From an uncultured Parvibaculum sp. (GTDB taxonomy: Bacteria > Pseudomonadota > Alphaproteobacteria > Parvibaculales > Parvibaculaceae), in the NCBI GenBank assembly GCA_965140395.1, contig OZ223205.1, forward strand, positions 144,197 through 208,196: a stretch of DNA of 64,000 bases, read 5' to 3'. This document shows positions 52,293-62,542 of this stretch, in pieces; position 1 is the first letter of the stretch; each line of letters starts with the position of its first letter. The position numbers and the translations under genes are program-made. A model generated the notes under the pieces. It ran no database searches and was not told the origin of the DNA. It worked only from the letters and a program-made list of their open reading frames with translations.

Positions 52293-52576
52293 GGCCGGTT
52301 CCTCTTCATCGCGTCCGTGCCCGCCGGATCAGACAGAAAAGGAAACCGCAAAATGGGTCTTTCTTGTCGTCAGGCCGGGGCGCTGCCCTTTCCGCGGGTC
52401 ATGGAGGCTTCGGCCGAGCCTTGAAGGAAGATTCGCGCATGGATGCCGAAAGATCAAGATGGCCGCCGGAAATTGCGAGCCATTAGCACTTGCCTCGCGG
52501 GCCCGGTCACGCGAGTCTGTGTCGTCGCCCAAGGCGGCAGGCCCGACATGGAAATTGGCTAAAAGGGGGAGCAACG

Positions 52577-53101
52577 ATGTCTTCGAATACGACCACAAGC
52601 GAAGTGACGAGTTTCGACAAGGGGCGCCGCGTCTATCACTGGGCGGCGGCGGTACTCGTCCTGCTCATGATCCTGGGCGGCTTCACCATGACCAAGGCAA
52701 CCTCGACCATTCACTTCGGCGTCGGCATCATCGTGCTGGCACTCATGGTGCTCTGGCTTGCCTGGAGAGCCGGCCATCCCCGGCCCGATTTCCTGCCCAT
52801 GCCGCGCTGGCAGCAGATTCTCGCCACATCCGTGCATCACCTGCTGATGCTCACCGTGACGTTGCAGGCGATTTTCGGCCTGATGATGATCTCCTTCCAT
52901 GAGAAGTCGATCAACGCCTTCTGGGTGATCCCGCTCCATATCGTGCAGAACGACACGCTGCACGACATCGGCCATGAGGCGCATGAGATCAACGCCTTCA
53001 TCATTTGCGGCCTGCTGGTGCTGCATATCGGCGGCGCGCTCTACCACCACTTCATCATGAAGGACGCGACGCTGACCCGGATGAAATCCGGCAACGCCTG
53101 A
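52577..53101 (+). CDS. cytochrome b561 family protein
   Basis: YHWAAAVLVLLMILGGF and four helices with conserved His (HFGVG, HHLLM, HEAH, LHIGGALYHHF). ATG 52577 behind aaggggga. Confidence 0.75.
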   Translation: MSSNTTTSEVTSFDKGRRVYHWAAAVLVLLMILGGFTMTKATSTIHFGVGIIVLALMVLWLAWRAGHPRPDFLPMPRWQQILATSVHHLLMLTVTLQAIFGLMMISFHEKSINAFWVIPLHIVQNDTLHDIGHEAHEINAFIICGLLVLHIGGALYHHFIMKDATLTRMKSGNA

Positions 53102-53149
53102 GCCCGCCTTCCGATTCCCCCCTGCCCCCATTTCCGGGCCGGAGACGAC

Positions 53150-53743
53150 ATGGTCACGCTGAACAAGATCTATACCCGCACCGGCGACAAGGGCGACACC
53201 GCCCTTGCCACCGGCGAACGCGTGCCCAAACACGCGCTCCGGATCGAAAGCTACGGCACGACGGACGAACTGAACGCCGTTCTCGGCATCGCGCGTCTTC
53301 ATACGCGAGATATGCCCGACCTCGACGCCATGCTCTCGCGCATCCAGAACGACCTCTTCGACCTCGGGGCCGACCTTGCAACGCCCTATAAGGGGCCGAA
53401 CGAGCAGGAAGAGCTGGGCTACGAACCGCTCAGGATCATCGCAAGCCAGGTCGAACGGCTCGAAACCGAGATCGACCGCATGAACGGCGAGCTGGAGCCG
53501 CTGCGCTCCTTCATCCTGCCCGCCGGACATGAGGCCGCGGCCCATCTGCACCATGCCCGGACGGTGTGCCGCCGGGCCGAACGGGTCGCCGCCGCGCTGG
53601 CAGGCGAAGCCGGCGAGGAAATCGGCGAGCCCTGCCTGCAATATCTCAACCGGCTCTCGGATTTTCTTTTCGTCGCAGCACGTTACGTCAACAAGGCCGA
53701 GGGCGACGGCGACGTGCTCTGGGTCCCGGGCGCAAGCCGGTAA
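53150..53743 (+). CDS. pduO: ATP:cob(I)alamin adenosyltransferase, PduO type
   Basis: KIYTRTGDKGDT.L..GERV.K...R.E.YGT.DELN..LG, IQNDLFDLGADLA, F.LP.G, RT.CRRAER are PduO/MMAB signatures. Confidence 0.9.
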   Translation: MVTLNKIYTRTGDKGDTALATGERVPKHALRIESYGTTDELNAVLGIARLHTRDMPDLDAMLSRIQNDLFDLGADLATPYKGPNEQEELGYEPLRIIASQVERLETEIDRMNGELEPLRSFILPAGHEAAAHLHHARTVCRRAERVAAALAGEAGEEIGEPCLQYLNRLSDFLFVAARYVNKAEGDGDVLWVPGASR

Positions 53744-53779
53744 TTTCGGCGCGCAACTCAACAATAGGCATTATTCCCT

Positions 53780-54331
53780 ATGAAGAGGTGGACCGGCACA
53801 ACCATGCTAGCCGCAACACTATTTGCGTCTGGCGTACACGCGCAAACCGCCGATCATGAATGGCATTTTCTCGAAGCCGACAACGGACTTCGTTTTGCTA
53901 TCGACCTAGATTCAATCACGCATTTTGACAATGGAAGCGCTGAAGCATTCGTCTACGCCGTGGAAGGAAAAACTTACAATCCACGCAACCTTCGTAGAAT
54001 AATCTTCGACTGCGCAGGAAACTACATAGACTGGAATGGTCAACGTGTAGTCGAGTATGCCCCGCCGAAATCCGTCATTGCACAGCTTAGCAAAATTGCC
54101 TGCGACGGCGCAAAGGATAGGCGAAATGACCCAGTACCAAAACGCCCAACCACACCCCAAGCAAAAGACTACTGCAGGGGTTTCTCGACCGAAGAGTGCG
54201 CACAAATCAAGGCGATAGTAGAAAAGGGCGTCAAACCTGAATACTGCAAACCCGGATTCGCGCTTGAAAGTAGCAGCCTCACAGACATGAAAATGCGAAT
54301 TTGCTACGTGATGAGCGGGCAGCCTCAGTAG
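53780..54331 (+). CDS. hypothetical secreted protein (AT-rich islet 3)
   Basis: Signal peptide MLAATLFASGVHAQ, six Cys, about 45% G+C in a sampled line. No family assigned. Confidence 0.55.
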   Translation: MKRWTGTTMLAATLFASGVHAQTADHEWHFLEADNGLRFAIDLDSITHFDNGSAEAFVYAVEGKTYNPRNLRRIIFDCAGNYIDWNGQRVVEYAPPKSVIAQLSKIACDGAKDRRNDPVPKRPTTPQAKDYCRGFSTEECAQIKAIVEKGVKPEYCKPGFALESSSLTDMKMRICYVMSGQPQ

Positions 54332-54413
54332 GTTATGTCGCCTCGCCTGCGAAGCAAAATCCCGAGTTACCAAACGAAAATTGTTTAACGCCCAACCAAA
54401 TGGGCGATTAGAA

Positions 54414-54534
54414 CACCTCCCCTCTCAGGAGGAGGTCGACGCGCCTGGCGCGGCGGGAGGGGGTTCTCCGCCAGCCTGCAAGTCATGATCCTGCCGCTTC
54501 CCCCTCCCAACCCTCCCCCCTAAAAGGGGGAAGG
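54414..54534. repeat. family-2 intergenic repeat, copy 2
   Basis: cacctcccc..ggaggaggtcgacgcgcctggcgcggcgggaggggg ... cccctcccaaccctcccccc-taaaa-gggggaagg. It shares both end modules with 30010..30143. Confidence 0.7.
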
Positions 54535-54666
54535 CTCTATGGATTGCGTTGCCGGGCGGCGCTCCCTCGAAATAACGCTTTCAGCCGAAATGCAACCATC
54601 CCGGCCTCAGGCAAACCTTCCCCTGCGCTGCGGGAAAGGGCCCCGCCCCAGCGACCCCGCCTCGCG

Positions 54667-54695
54667 TTGACAGGGGCATATCCTCACACTAGGTT
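54667..54695 (+). promoter_or_regulatory. candidate sigma-70-type promoter for etfBA (TTGACA-17 nt-TAGGTT)
   Basis: A perfect -35 hexamer, 17-nt spacing and a weak -10. It would give a leader of about 250 nt before the etfB ATG. Motif only. Confidence 0.3.
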
Positions 54696-54954
54696 GCCGC
54701 ACCGCAGCAGCTGTCTATCTCTTTATAGACAGCCGGAGTTTCCCCCGAGGAACAGCGATTTCCGCCGCATGTCCGCCATGCGAGGAGGGCTGGGCCGAAG
54801 GATTTGAGACCGTCGCTCCGCCGGCCTGGCGGAGTGGAACCGATAAGGACCGGACCACCGGTCAGGAGCCAACGGTAACGGCAGAACCGGCCCCGGATTC
54901 CGGGAAATCCGGCCACGCCCGAGAACCGGTGCAACGCGCAGGGAGTTCACCTCA

Positions 54955-55704
54955 ATGAAAGTGCTCGTTCCGATCAAGCGGGTTGTCGACTACAACGTGA
55001 AAATCCGTGTGAAGTCGGATGGCAGCGGCGTCGACCTCGCCAATGTGAAGATGTCCATGAACCCGTTCGATGAAATCGCCGTTGAAGAGGCGGTTCGTCT
55101 GAAGGAAGCGGGCAAGGCCACTGAAGTCGTCGCCGTATCGATCGGCGTCGCACAGTCGACCGAAACCATCCGCACCGCGCTCGCCATGGGCGCCGACCGC
55201 GGCATCCTGGTGAAGACGGACGATGTGGTCGAACCCATCAACGTCGCCAAGATCCTGAAAGGGATCGCGGAAGAAGAAAAGCCGGACCTCATCATCCTCG
55301 GCAAGCAGGCCATCGACGATGACTGCAACCAGACCGGTCAGATGCTGGCCGCGCTTCTGGGCTGGGCGCAGGGCACCTTCGCCTCCAAGGTCGAGGTCGA
55401 CGGCGAAACGCTCAACCTGACGCGCGAAATCGACGGCGGCCTTCAGACGCTGAAGCTGAAGATGCCGGCCATCGTGACCGCCGACCTTCGCCTCAACGAG
55501 CCGCGCTATGCGTCTCTGCCCAACATCATGAAGGCGAAGAAGAAGCCGATCGACGAAAAGGCGCCCGCCGATTTCGGCGTGGACATCAAGCAGCACCTTG
55601 AAGTGCTGAAGGTGACCGAGCCGCCGCAGCGCGAAGCCGGTATCAAGGTTGAATCTGTTCAGGAGCTCGTTTCGAAGCTCAAGGAAGCGGGAGTGATCGG
55701 ATGA
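54955..55704 (+). CDS. etfB: electron transfer flavoprotein subunit beta
   Basis: [19 protein letters not shown]...[16 protein letters not shown]...[17 protein letters not shown] are classic EtfB features. Confidence 0.95.
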   Translation: MKVLVPIKRVVDYNVKIRVKSDGSGVDLANVKMSMNPFDEIAVEEAVRLKEAGKATEVVAVSIGVAQSTETIRTALAMGADRGILVKTDDVVEPINVAKILKGIAEEEKPDLIILGKQAIDDDCNQTGQMLAALLGWAQGTFASKVEVDGETLNLTREIDGGLQTLKLKMPAIVTADLRLNEPRYASLPNIMKAKKKPIDEKAPADFGVDIKQHLEVLKVTEPPQREAGIKVESVQELVSKLKEAGVIG

Positions 55705-56630
55705 CCACGCTTGTATTTGCAGACCACAACAACACCGATCTCGGCGACGCGACGGCCAAGACCGTCACCGCCGCGACGAAGATCGGCGGCGACGTGCATG
55801 TGCTCGTCGCGGGCAAGGGCTGCGACGCCGTTGCCGAAGCCGCCGCGAAGCTGGACGGCGTCTCCAAGGTCCTCGTGGCCGACGATGCCCAGTACGAGCA
55901 TCCGGTTGCCGAACCGCTCGCCGCTCTTCTGGTGAAGCTCGCCGGCTCCTACGACGCGATCCTGTCGCCGGCCACCACCATCGGCAAGAACTTCATGCCG
56001 CGCGTGGCCGCCCTGCTCGATGTCGCGCAGATTTCCGACATCGTGGGCGTGGAAAGCGCCGACACGTTCGAGCGTCCGATCTATGCCGGTAACGCCATCC
56101 AGACCGTGAAATCGACCGACGCCAAGAAGGTCATCACCGTGCGCACCACCGCCTTCCCGGCGGCGGGCGACGGCGGCTCGGCCTCGGTGGAGAAGGTCGA
56201 GGCGGCCGAGAACCCGGGTCTTTCCGAATTCGTGAGCGAAGAGCTGACGAAGTCGGACCGTCCGGAACTGACGGCGGCCAAGGTCATCATCTCCGGTGGC
56301 CGCGGCATGCAGAACGGCGAGAACTTCGCCATGCTCGAAAAGGTCGCCGACAAGCTCGGCGCCGCAGTCGGCGCCTCGCGCGCGGCTGTGGATGCGGGCT
56401 TCGTGCCGAACGACTATCAGGTCGGCCAGACCGGCAAGATCGTCGCGCCCGAGCTTTACATCGCCGTCGGCATTTCCGGCGCGATCCAGCATCTGGCGGG
56501 CATGAAGGACAGCAAGGTCATCGTCGCCATCAACAAGGACGAGGAAGCCCCGATCTTCCAGGTCGCCGATTACGGCCTGGTCGCGGACCTCTTCCAGGCG
56601 GTGCCGGAACTGGAAGAAGCGCTCGGCTGA
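55701..56630 (+). CDS. etfA: electron transfer flavoprotein subunit alpha
   Basis: A 4-nt overlap with etf[52 protein letters not shown]. Confidence 0.95.
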   Translation: MTTLVFADHNNTDLGDATAKTVTAATKIGGDVHVLVAGKGCDAVAEAAAKLDGVSKVLVADDAQYEHPVAEPLAALLVKLAGSYDAILSPATTIGKNFMPRVAALLDVAQISDIVGVESADTFERPIYAGNAIQTVKSTDAKKVITVRTTAFPAAGDGGSASVEKVEAAENPGLSEFVSEELTKSDRPELTAAKVIISGGRGMQNGENFAMLEKVADKLGAAVGASRAAVDAGFVPNDYQVGQTGKIVAPELYIAVGISGAIQHLAGMKDSKVIVAINKDEEAPIFQVADYGLVADLFQAVPELEEALG

Positions 56631-56659
56631 GCCTTCCACCGTTCCACGAAACGAAATCA

Positions 56660-56691
56660 GGCGCTGTTCCCCCGGGAACAGCGCCTTTTTC
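56660..56691 (+). terminator. Rho-independent terminator after etfA
   Basis: ggcgctgttcc-cccg-ggaacagcgcc followed by ttttt. Confidence 0.8.
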
Positions 56692-56864
56692 ATGCCCGAT
56701 ATGTCCCCCGCCATATTGCGCAGCGCAGCAATCCATGGAAAACCTGTAGATTGGGGCACGGATAGCGCGGCAGGAAAACCGCGCCGCGCCCCTATGCGTT
56801 TTGTGTATCATTCGCGGGGGATCGGCTGTCGCCCCTCCCCCGGGCCAAGCGGGACGGATGCGAA

Positions 56865-57740
56865 ATGAAGGTTCGGAAAGTCGGTGTGATCGGCGCGGGT
56901 CAGATGGGCAACGGCATCGCCCATGTCTGCGCCCTGGCGGGCTATGAGGTCGCGCTCAACGATATGACCGAAGAGCGCATCGAGGCGGGCCTTGCGACCA
57001 TCAACGGCAACATGACGCGCCAGGCAAGCTCCGGCCGCATCAGCGAGGCCGACAAGGAAGCAGCCCTCGACCGCATCTCCGCCGCCGCCGACTACACCGC
57101 CTTCGAGGACGCGGATGTCGTGATCGAATCCGCCACCGAAAAGGAAGAGGTCAAACGCGCCATCTTCGCCGATCTCTGCCCGCATCTGCGCGAAGACGCC
57201 TTTATCGCCACCAATACCTCCTCGATCTCCATCACCCGGCTGGCCGCCTCCACGGACCGGCCGGAACGCTTTATGGGCGTCCATTTCATGAACCCCGTGC
57301 CGGTGATGGAGCTGGTGGAGCTGGTGCGCGGCATCGCCACCGACGACGAAACCTTCGATTTCTTCCAGGATTTCGCCAAATCGCTGGGCAAGGAAGTGGC
57401 CAATGCCGAGGACTTCCCGGCCTTCATCGTGAACCGCATCCTGCTGCCCATGATCAACGAGGCGGTCTATACGCTTTACGAGGGCGTGGGCTCGGTGGAG
57501 AGCATCGATAAGGCCATGAAGCTCGGCGCGAACCACCCGATGGGGCCGCTGCAACTGGCCGATTTCATCGGCCTCGACACCTGCCTCTCCATCATGCAGG
57601 TGCTCTATGACGGGCTCGCGGACAGCAAATACCGCCCCTGCCCGCTGCTGGTGAAATATGTCGAGGCCGGCTGGCTGGGCCGCAAGGCGCAGCGCGGCTT
57701 CTACGATTATCGCGGCGAACACCCCGTGCCTACGCGATAG
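56865..57740 (+). CDS. hbd: 3-hydroxybutyryl-CoA dehydrogenase
   Basis: KVGVIGAGQMGNGIAHV, NTSSISIT, HFMNPVP.M.LVE..RG, GFIVNRIL-like FIVNRILLPM, HPMGPL.LADFIGLD. Confidence 0.9.
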   Translation: MKVRKVGVIGAGQMGNGIAHVCALAGYEVALNDMTEERIEAGLATINGNMTRQASSGRISEADKEAALDRISAAADYTAFEDADVVIESATEKEEVKRAIFADLCPHLREDAFIATNTSSISITRLAASTDRPERFMGVHFMNPVPVMELVELVRGIATDDETFDFFQDFAKSLGKEVANAEDFPAFIVNRILLPMINEAVYTLYEGVGSVESIDKAMKLGANHPMGPLQLADFIGLDTCLSIMQVLYDGLADSKYRPCPLLVKYVEAGWLGRKAQRGFYDYRGEHPVPTR

Positions 57741-57748
57741 GACCGCCT

Positions 57749-59056
57749 GTGCAAACAGGCGAGCGAAAAATCCGGGAGAACGGATATGTCGTTCTCGCCC
57801 TTCTCCTATATGTCGCGCTCAGCCTCGCCAAAATGCGTCCCTATCTGCTGGACGGGCGTTTCTGGGCTGAAGAAGGCTCCCGCTTCTACACGCATATCGC
57901 CTGCCTTCCGCCGCTCGAAAAGTTCTTCTTCGTCTTCAATGGCCATCTCCAATTCGCTGCGAACGCAGTCGTCTCGGCTGCGACGATGGTGGACTTCAGA
58001 TATGCACCGCTGATCACGACCTATACGGCCTTCGCCCTTCAGGCGATCCCCGTCTTCCTGATCGTCTGGATGCACAGATCGCTGGGGATCCGAGGGTGGC
58101 TCCTGCCGATTCTCGTCCTCATCATCGTCGGCCTGCCCCAATCGCCGGAGGTTTGGGCCAATACGGCGAATCTTCAGTTTCATTTTTCTCTGCTCACCGC
58201 CCTGATTGCGGTGCTGCCGGTCCGGACGGGCGCAGGGAAACACGCCTTCCGACTATTACTTCTCCTGTCGGGTCTGAGCGGCATTCCGGCAAACTTCGTG
58301 GTCCCGGCTTTTCTCTATCTGGCCGCGAAGAATGGCGATCGGGAGCGCTGGATCCAGTTTTCCATCCTCGCCGCCACGAGCCTGCTTCAACTCGCCATCA
58401 TCGCAACGCACGGTTTCGACACCGGGGATCGGAGCCTCACGGCCAACCCGCTTCTCTACTGGCTTCCCGTGATCAGCCAGCAGGTCGTGGGGCCGCTTCT
58501 GGGCCCCGATATCGGGGAACCCTTCGCTCTCATCCTGCGCGACGCCCTCGCGCAACGATCCGGTGCGATCTTCCTGGGGATCATCTGTTCGATCCCGTTC
58601 TTCTACATCGCCCGGCGCGAAATCAATGCGGGCACCGACGCCTCCCGGACCGCTGTAATATGCGCGGCGCTCCTATCGGTGCTGGGAACCGCCACGGCCC
58701 TTGGCGACAAGACGGAGCTGATCTCCACCACATTCTCGGGACGTTATTTCTTCGCCTCGAATGTCCTGCTGACCGTCTATGCACTCAGCCGTTTCAACCG
58801 AAACATCTTCTATCTCGGGGCCGTTCTGATGCTGCTGATTTCCTCCATGCATAATGTCGACCAATATCTCGGAGGCCCGGATTGGCGCAGGGAATATGAA
58901 AGAGCGCAGGCCGCCGGGAGCAAGACCGTGAACATCTGGCCGGACGGCTGGGAAATGCCCAATTTTGCGCTCGGCCCGACGCCTTCAGACGCCCGGTCGC
59001 CTTGCAGGTCAGGACGTCCTGCATCCGCCCCCTCCGGGGCATTCCAGCCGAAATGA
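57749..59056 (+). CDS. polytopic membrane protein, possible GT-C-type glycosyltransferase or polymerase
   Basis: 435 aa with about 12 hydrophobic helices. An acidic loop follows helix 1 (YLLDGRFWAEEGSRFY). The GTG start is 8 nt after the hbd stop. The function is inferred from topology and neighbours only. Confidence 0.55.
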   Translation: MQTGERKIRENGYVVLALLLYVALSLAKMRPYLLDGRFWAEEGSRFYTHIACLPPLEKFFFVFNGHLQFAANAVVSAATMVDFRYAPLITTYTAFALQAIPVFLIVWMHRSLGIRGWLLPILVLIIVGLPQSPEVWANTANLQFHFSLLTALIAVLPVRTGAGKHAFRLLLLLSGLSGIPANFVVPAFLYLAAKNGDRERWIQFSILAATSLLQLAIIATHGFDTGDRSLTANPLLYWLPVISQQVVGPLLGPDIGEPFALILRDALAQRSGAIFLGIICSIPFFYIARREINAGTDASRTAVICAALLSVLGTATALGDKTELISTTFSGRYFFASNVLLTVYALSRFNRNIFYLGAVLMLLISSMHNVDQYLGGPDWRREYERAQAAGSKTVNIWPDGWEMPNFALGPTPSDARSPCRSGRPASAPSGAFQPK

Positions 59057-59111
59057 CAGCAATTCGTTAACCCGCCCCCATCTAGCATATGGATATTCAT
59101 GAGAGGGGCCC

Positions 59112-59672
59112 ATGGCCCCGGGGGCAGGTTCGATGGGATCGCTGGCACTAGGTTCCGGCACGCCACATTTTATCGAAGGCCAGATCGAGTATATGGACTG
59201 GCCCGGGCACCCGCTTGCCCGGGAACTGGCGAATTACTGGATCGCCAAACGCGGCGACCGGACGATGCCGCTCCGCGATGAAATCCGCCCCTCCGAAATC
59301 CGCGCCCTGCTGCCCTGTCTCGTCATCAATCAGGTTCTGGAGGACGGCACCGACTTCCTGATCCGACTCTTCGGCACCGAACTGATCAAGATCGCGGGCG
59401 AGGAGCGGACCGGCAAGCGCGTCTCGGAGATCGGCGGCGCGCCGGAAACGCACGACATTCGCCGCCGGACGCAGGAACGCTGGATGGAAATCAACCGCCG
59501 CACCTATGAGACCGCCGCGCCCGTCTATGCCCGCGTCATCATGCTGAACGAGCAAAACGCCTGCCGCGACGCCCATATCGTCGCCGCGCCGCTGACCGTG
59601 ACCGGCCAGGGCGTGGAACAGATCCTCGGCGGGATTTTCAGCGCGCCTGCGAAGGACCTCGGGAGAGACTGA
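59112..59672 (+). CDS. PAS-like domain protein (alphaproteobacterial PAS_5-type)
   Basis: LANYWIAKRGDRTMPLRDEIRPSEIRALLPCLVINQVLEDGTDFLIRLFGTELIKIAGEERTGKRVSE resembles the small single-domain PAS proteins common in alphaproteobacteria. The start is uncertain. Confidence 0.6.
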   Translation: MAPGAGSMGSLALGSGTPHFIEGQIEYMDWPGHPLARELANYWIAKRGDRTMPLRDEIRPSEIRALLPCLVINQVLEDGTDFLIRLFGTELIKIAGEERTGKRVSEIGGAPETHDIRRRTQERWMEINRRTYETAAPVYARVIMLNEQNACRDAHIVAAPLTVTGQGVEQILGGIFSAPAKDLGRD

Positions 59673-59755
59673 AAGACGGAACAGTGGCTGGTCCCGAAAA
59701 GGACCTCCCGCTATGATTACCCGGTGCCGTGCGCGGCTCCATCAAGAGACATACG

Positions 59756-60970
59756 ATGCTCCGCGTGACCGTCCCGAAAGCCGGCTCCTTTCTCCTGAAG
59801 ATAAGACGGCAGCCGCAACCACTTCCCTTTGTTCGAATGGAGCTGGAGACGGAAGACGGGAAGAAGCGCGCCTTCTTCGTGCCCGCTCTGCCGCTTTCCC
59901 GCTATGTCCTGAATGTCTCCGGCCCTGCCCGCCTCACGGTGGAGGGCACCGGCCTTGAAAGCGCGAAGCTGCGTCGCTTGCCTCCCCTCAGGGCCCGCAT
60001 CCTTACAAGGCGGAAAAAGGACCGCGCACTCGCCTTGCCCCTCGCCGAGGGGGCCTGCCTCATACCGCTGATCAACGGCGTGGGCCCCGAAGGCAAGGAA
60101 CTGAGCAAGTCGCTGAAGCTCATCCGTAATTGGGGTTTCTCGCTGACCAGCGACAATCTGCAACGCTCACCCGGCCCGCTGGACAATATCCTCCCCGATC
60201 CGCCAAAAGCCCCGGCCACAAGCCCCCCGGCAGGAACCACGCCGCGCTTCGCGGTGGTACTGCATCTCTACTATCGGGACCTCTGGCCGGAGTTCGAATC
60301 CCGTTTGCTTTCGCTCGACGAGCCTTTTCACCTCATCGTCACGACGACGCAAAAGGATCGAGGCTTTGAAAATGCGGTGCGGGCTGCATTCCCCGACGCA
60401 CAGATCCTCGTCTACGAGAACAGGGGGCGGGACATCGGCCCCTTCATGCAATTGCTGCATGATGGCTATCTCGATCGCTTCCCGTTCATATGCAAGCTGC
60501 ATGGCAAACGCTCCGGCGAAAGCGGACCGCGCGCCTTGTTCGGCACGGTATGGCGTCTCACCCACATCGCCGATCTGATCGGAACGAAAGAACAGGTAAA
60601 ATCGATTCTCGCCCGCTTCGAAGCCGATCCCAGACTGGGCATGATCGGCTCACCGCGTTTCCGGGTCCCCAACGAATATATCGGCCCTGAGGCCGCCTGG
60701 GCGAAAAACAGGGAGATGACGCTGCATCTGGCAGCGAAACTTGGCATCGCGGAGGAGGATTTCAGGCTCGACTTCTTCGCAGGGACCATGTTCTGGATAC
60801 GGCGCGAAGCGTTAAATGCCGTGCGCGAGCTTGGCCTTACCCTGGACGACTTTCCGCTGGAAACCGGCACCGTGGACGGCGAACTCGCACATGCCCTGGA
60901 GCGCCTTTTCGGCGCCATACCCCATCGAGACGGAATGACTATAGAAGATGCCTCCATTATGATTGAATAA
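59756..60970 (+). CDS. rhamnan synthesis protein F (RgpF)-family glycosyltransferase
   Basis: FAVVLHLYYRDLWPEF...HLIVTT...ENRGRDIGPFM...KLHGKRS...FFAGTMFWIRREAL are RgpF-family hallmarks. About 150 aa at the N-terminus are unassigned. Confidence 0.75.
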   Translation: MLRVTVPKAGSFLLKIRRQPQPLPFVRMELETEDGKKRAFFVPALPLSRYVLNVSGPARLTVEGTGLESAKLRRLPPLRARILTRRKKDRALALPLAEGACLIPLINGVGPEGKELSKSLKLIRNWGFSLTSDNLQRSPGPLDNILPDPPKAPATSPPAGTTPRFAVVLHLYYRDLWPEFESRLLSLDEPFHLIVTTTQKDRGFENAVRAAFPDAQILVYENRGRDIGPFMQLLHDGYLDRFPFICKLHGKRSGESGPRALFGTVWRLTHIADLIGTKEQVKSILARFEADPRLGMIGSPRFRVPNEYIGPEAAWAKNREMTLHLAAKLGIAEEDFRLDFFAGTMFWIRREALNAVRELGLTLDDFPLETGTVDGELAHALERLFGAIPHRDGMTIEDASIMIE

Positions 60971-61032
60971 CACGGAGCACATACGACCGTGTCCGCTGAG
61001 GCATGGGCCCGGGGGAGCGGCGAACACGAATA

Positions 61033-62493
61033 ATGACCAATATTTCGTTTCAGAGAGACGAAAACGATCTGCCACTGATTGTCGATCTCGATCGCACGCT
61101 TCTGCGAACAGACACACTGATCGAGCAGTTTCTCATCCTGTTCCTCGCCGCGCCGCGAAAGGCGCTGAGCGCGCTGCACAAGCTGCGCAAGGGAAAGGCA
61201 TTCTTCAAGGAAGCGGTCATCGACCTTTCGCCTGTGAGCCCCGACGCTCTCGTGCTGAATGAAGAGCTGCTCGGTTACCTCCTGGAACAGCGTGAAAAGG
61301 GACGGCCGCTTCACCTCATCACCGCGGCCGACCAGCGCGTGGCCGACGCCGCGGCCCAGAAAGTGCGCATATTCGACCAGGTGATCGGCAGCAGCGACGG
61401 ACACAACCTGAAAGGCGCGAACAAGCGCGACTACCTGCTGGAGCACTTTCCGAACGGCTTCAGCTATGCGGGCGACAGCCCGGCGGACATCGACGTCTGG
61501 CAGGAAGCGCGCACGGCGGTGCTGGTCGGTGTGAACGGCGCCACCCGCCGGGCCGTCGAGTCGATGGATTGCCATGTCGAGAAGGAAATTCCCCGGCCCA
61601 GGGCGGGCCTGCGCTCCTGGCTGCGTCTTTTCCGCGTACATCAATGGTCGAAGAACATTCTGGTGTTCGTTGCCCTGATCCTGGGCCAGCATTACGGGAG
61701 CCTCGACGCCTGGACCGCATGCCTGGGCGGGTTTCTGAGCATGTGCCTGATCGCGTCCGGCACCTACGTCATCAACGACATCGCCGACATCGAGTCCGAC
61801 CGCCAGCACCGGTCGAAGAAATACAGACCCATCGCAAGCGGCCACATAGATGCGGGCCTCGGCCTGTTCGTCGCCGTCGGCCTGATAGCCGCCGGCCTTC
61901 TCGTCGGCTCCATTACCGCGTTTCCCGCCTTACCCCTTTTCGGGCTCTACCTGCTGGCGACACTTGCCTATTCCCTGACGCTGAAACGCATCGTACTCGT
62001 CGATGTGTTCCTGCTCGCCATTCTCTATACGCTGCGCATCATGGTCGGCGTCGTGCTTGTCGACGGGCCGCTCCCTCACTGGCTCATCATGTTCTCGCTG
62101 TTTTTCTTCTTCTCGCTTTCCCTGGCCAAACGCCATGTCGAGATCGTGAGCGCGGCGTCGGCCGGCGACGCCCCCCAGACAAGCATAAGAGGCCGCGGCT
62201 ACCGGGTGGGCGATGCCCCCTTTACGCTCACTTTGGGGATTGCGACGAACATGGTCGCCATCCTCGTGCTGGGCCTTTATGTGGCCAGCGACATTTATCC
62301 GGCCGAAAACTATGGCCACCCCGTCTGGCTCTGGGGAATCGTCTCCATGGTCATGATATGGTCATCCCGAATCTGGCTTCTCAGCCATCGCGGCGAACTG
62401 GACGACGATCCTGTCTCCTTCGCGATGCGCGATCGCACCAGCGGTCTGCTTGGACTTCTGACCGGAATGTTCTTTGTACTGTCGATAATCTGA
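61033..62493 (+). CDS. HAD-like phosphatase fused to a UbiA-family prenyl-phosphate phosphoribosyltransferase-like domain
   Basis: The N-terminal LIVDLDRTLLRTDT (HAD DxD motif) ...YAGDSPADIDVW. The C-terminal membrane domain has NDIADIESDRQHRSKKYRPIASG (NDxxDxxxD...RPIAxG) and about 8 helices. Confidence 0.75.
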   Translation: MTNISFQRDENDLPLIVDLDRTLLRTDTLIEQFLILFLAAPRKALSALHKLRKGKAFFKEAVIDLSPVSPDALVLNEELLGYLLEQREKGRPLHLITAADQRVADAAAQKVRIFDQVIGSSDGHNLKGANKRDYLLEHFPNGFSYAGDSPADIDVWQEARTAVLVGVNGATRRAVESMDCHVEKEIPRPRAGLRSWLRLFRVHQWSKNILVFVALILGQHYGSLDAWTACLGGFLSMCLIASGTYVINDIADIESDRQHRSKKYRPIASGHIDAGLGLFVAVGLIAAGLLVGSITAFPALPLFGLYLLATLAYSLTLKRIVLVDVFLLAILYTLRIMVGVVLVDGPLPHWLIMFSLFFFFSLSLAKRHVEIVSAASAGDAPQTSIRGRGYRVGDAPFTLTLGIATNMVAILVLGLYVASDIYPAENYGHPVWLWGIVSMVMIWSSRIWLLSHRGELDDDPVSFAMRDRTSGLLGLLTGMFFVLSII

Positions 62494-62542
62494 ACCTTGT
62501 CGGCCCGGACATCGTCGCGGAAACCGAGAAAAACAGGAACGC

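Noticed and set aside
54780-54954. Cobalamin riboswitch or SRP (4.5S) RNA in the etfB leader
   Set aside because: GTCAGGAGCC resembles the B12-box core, and CCGGTCAGG...GGCAGAACCGG resembles SRP domain IV. However, the B12 box is mis-ordered relative to the GGGAA/GGTG-like segments. The SRP hallmark GGAA tetraloop and AGCA loop are absent. An Infernal scan would settle it.
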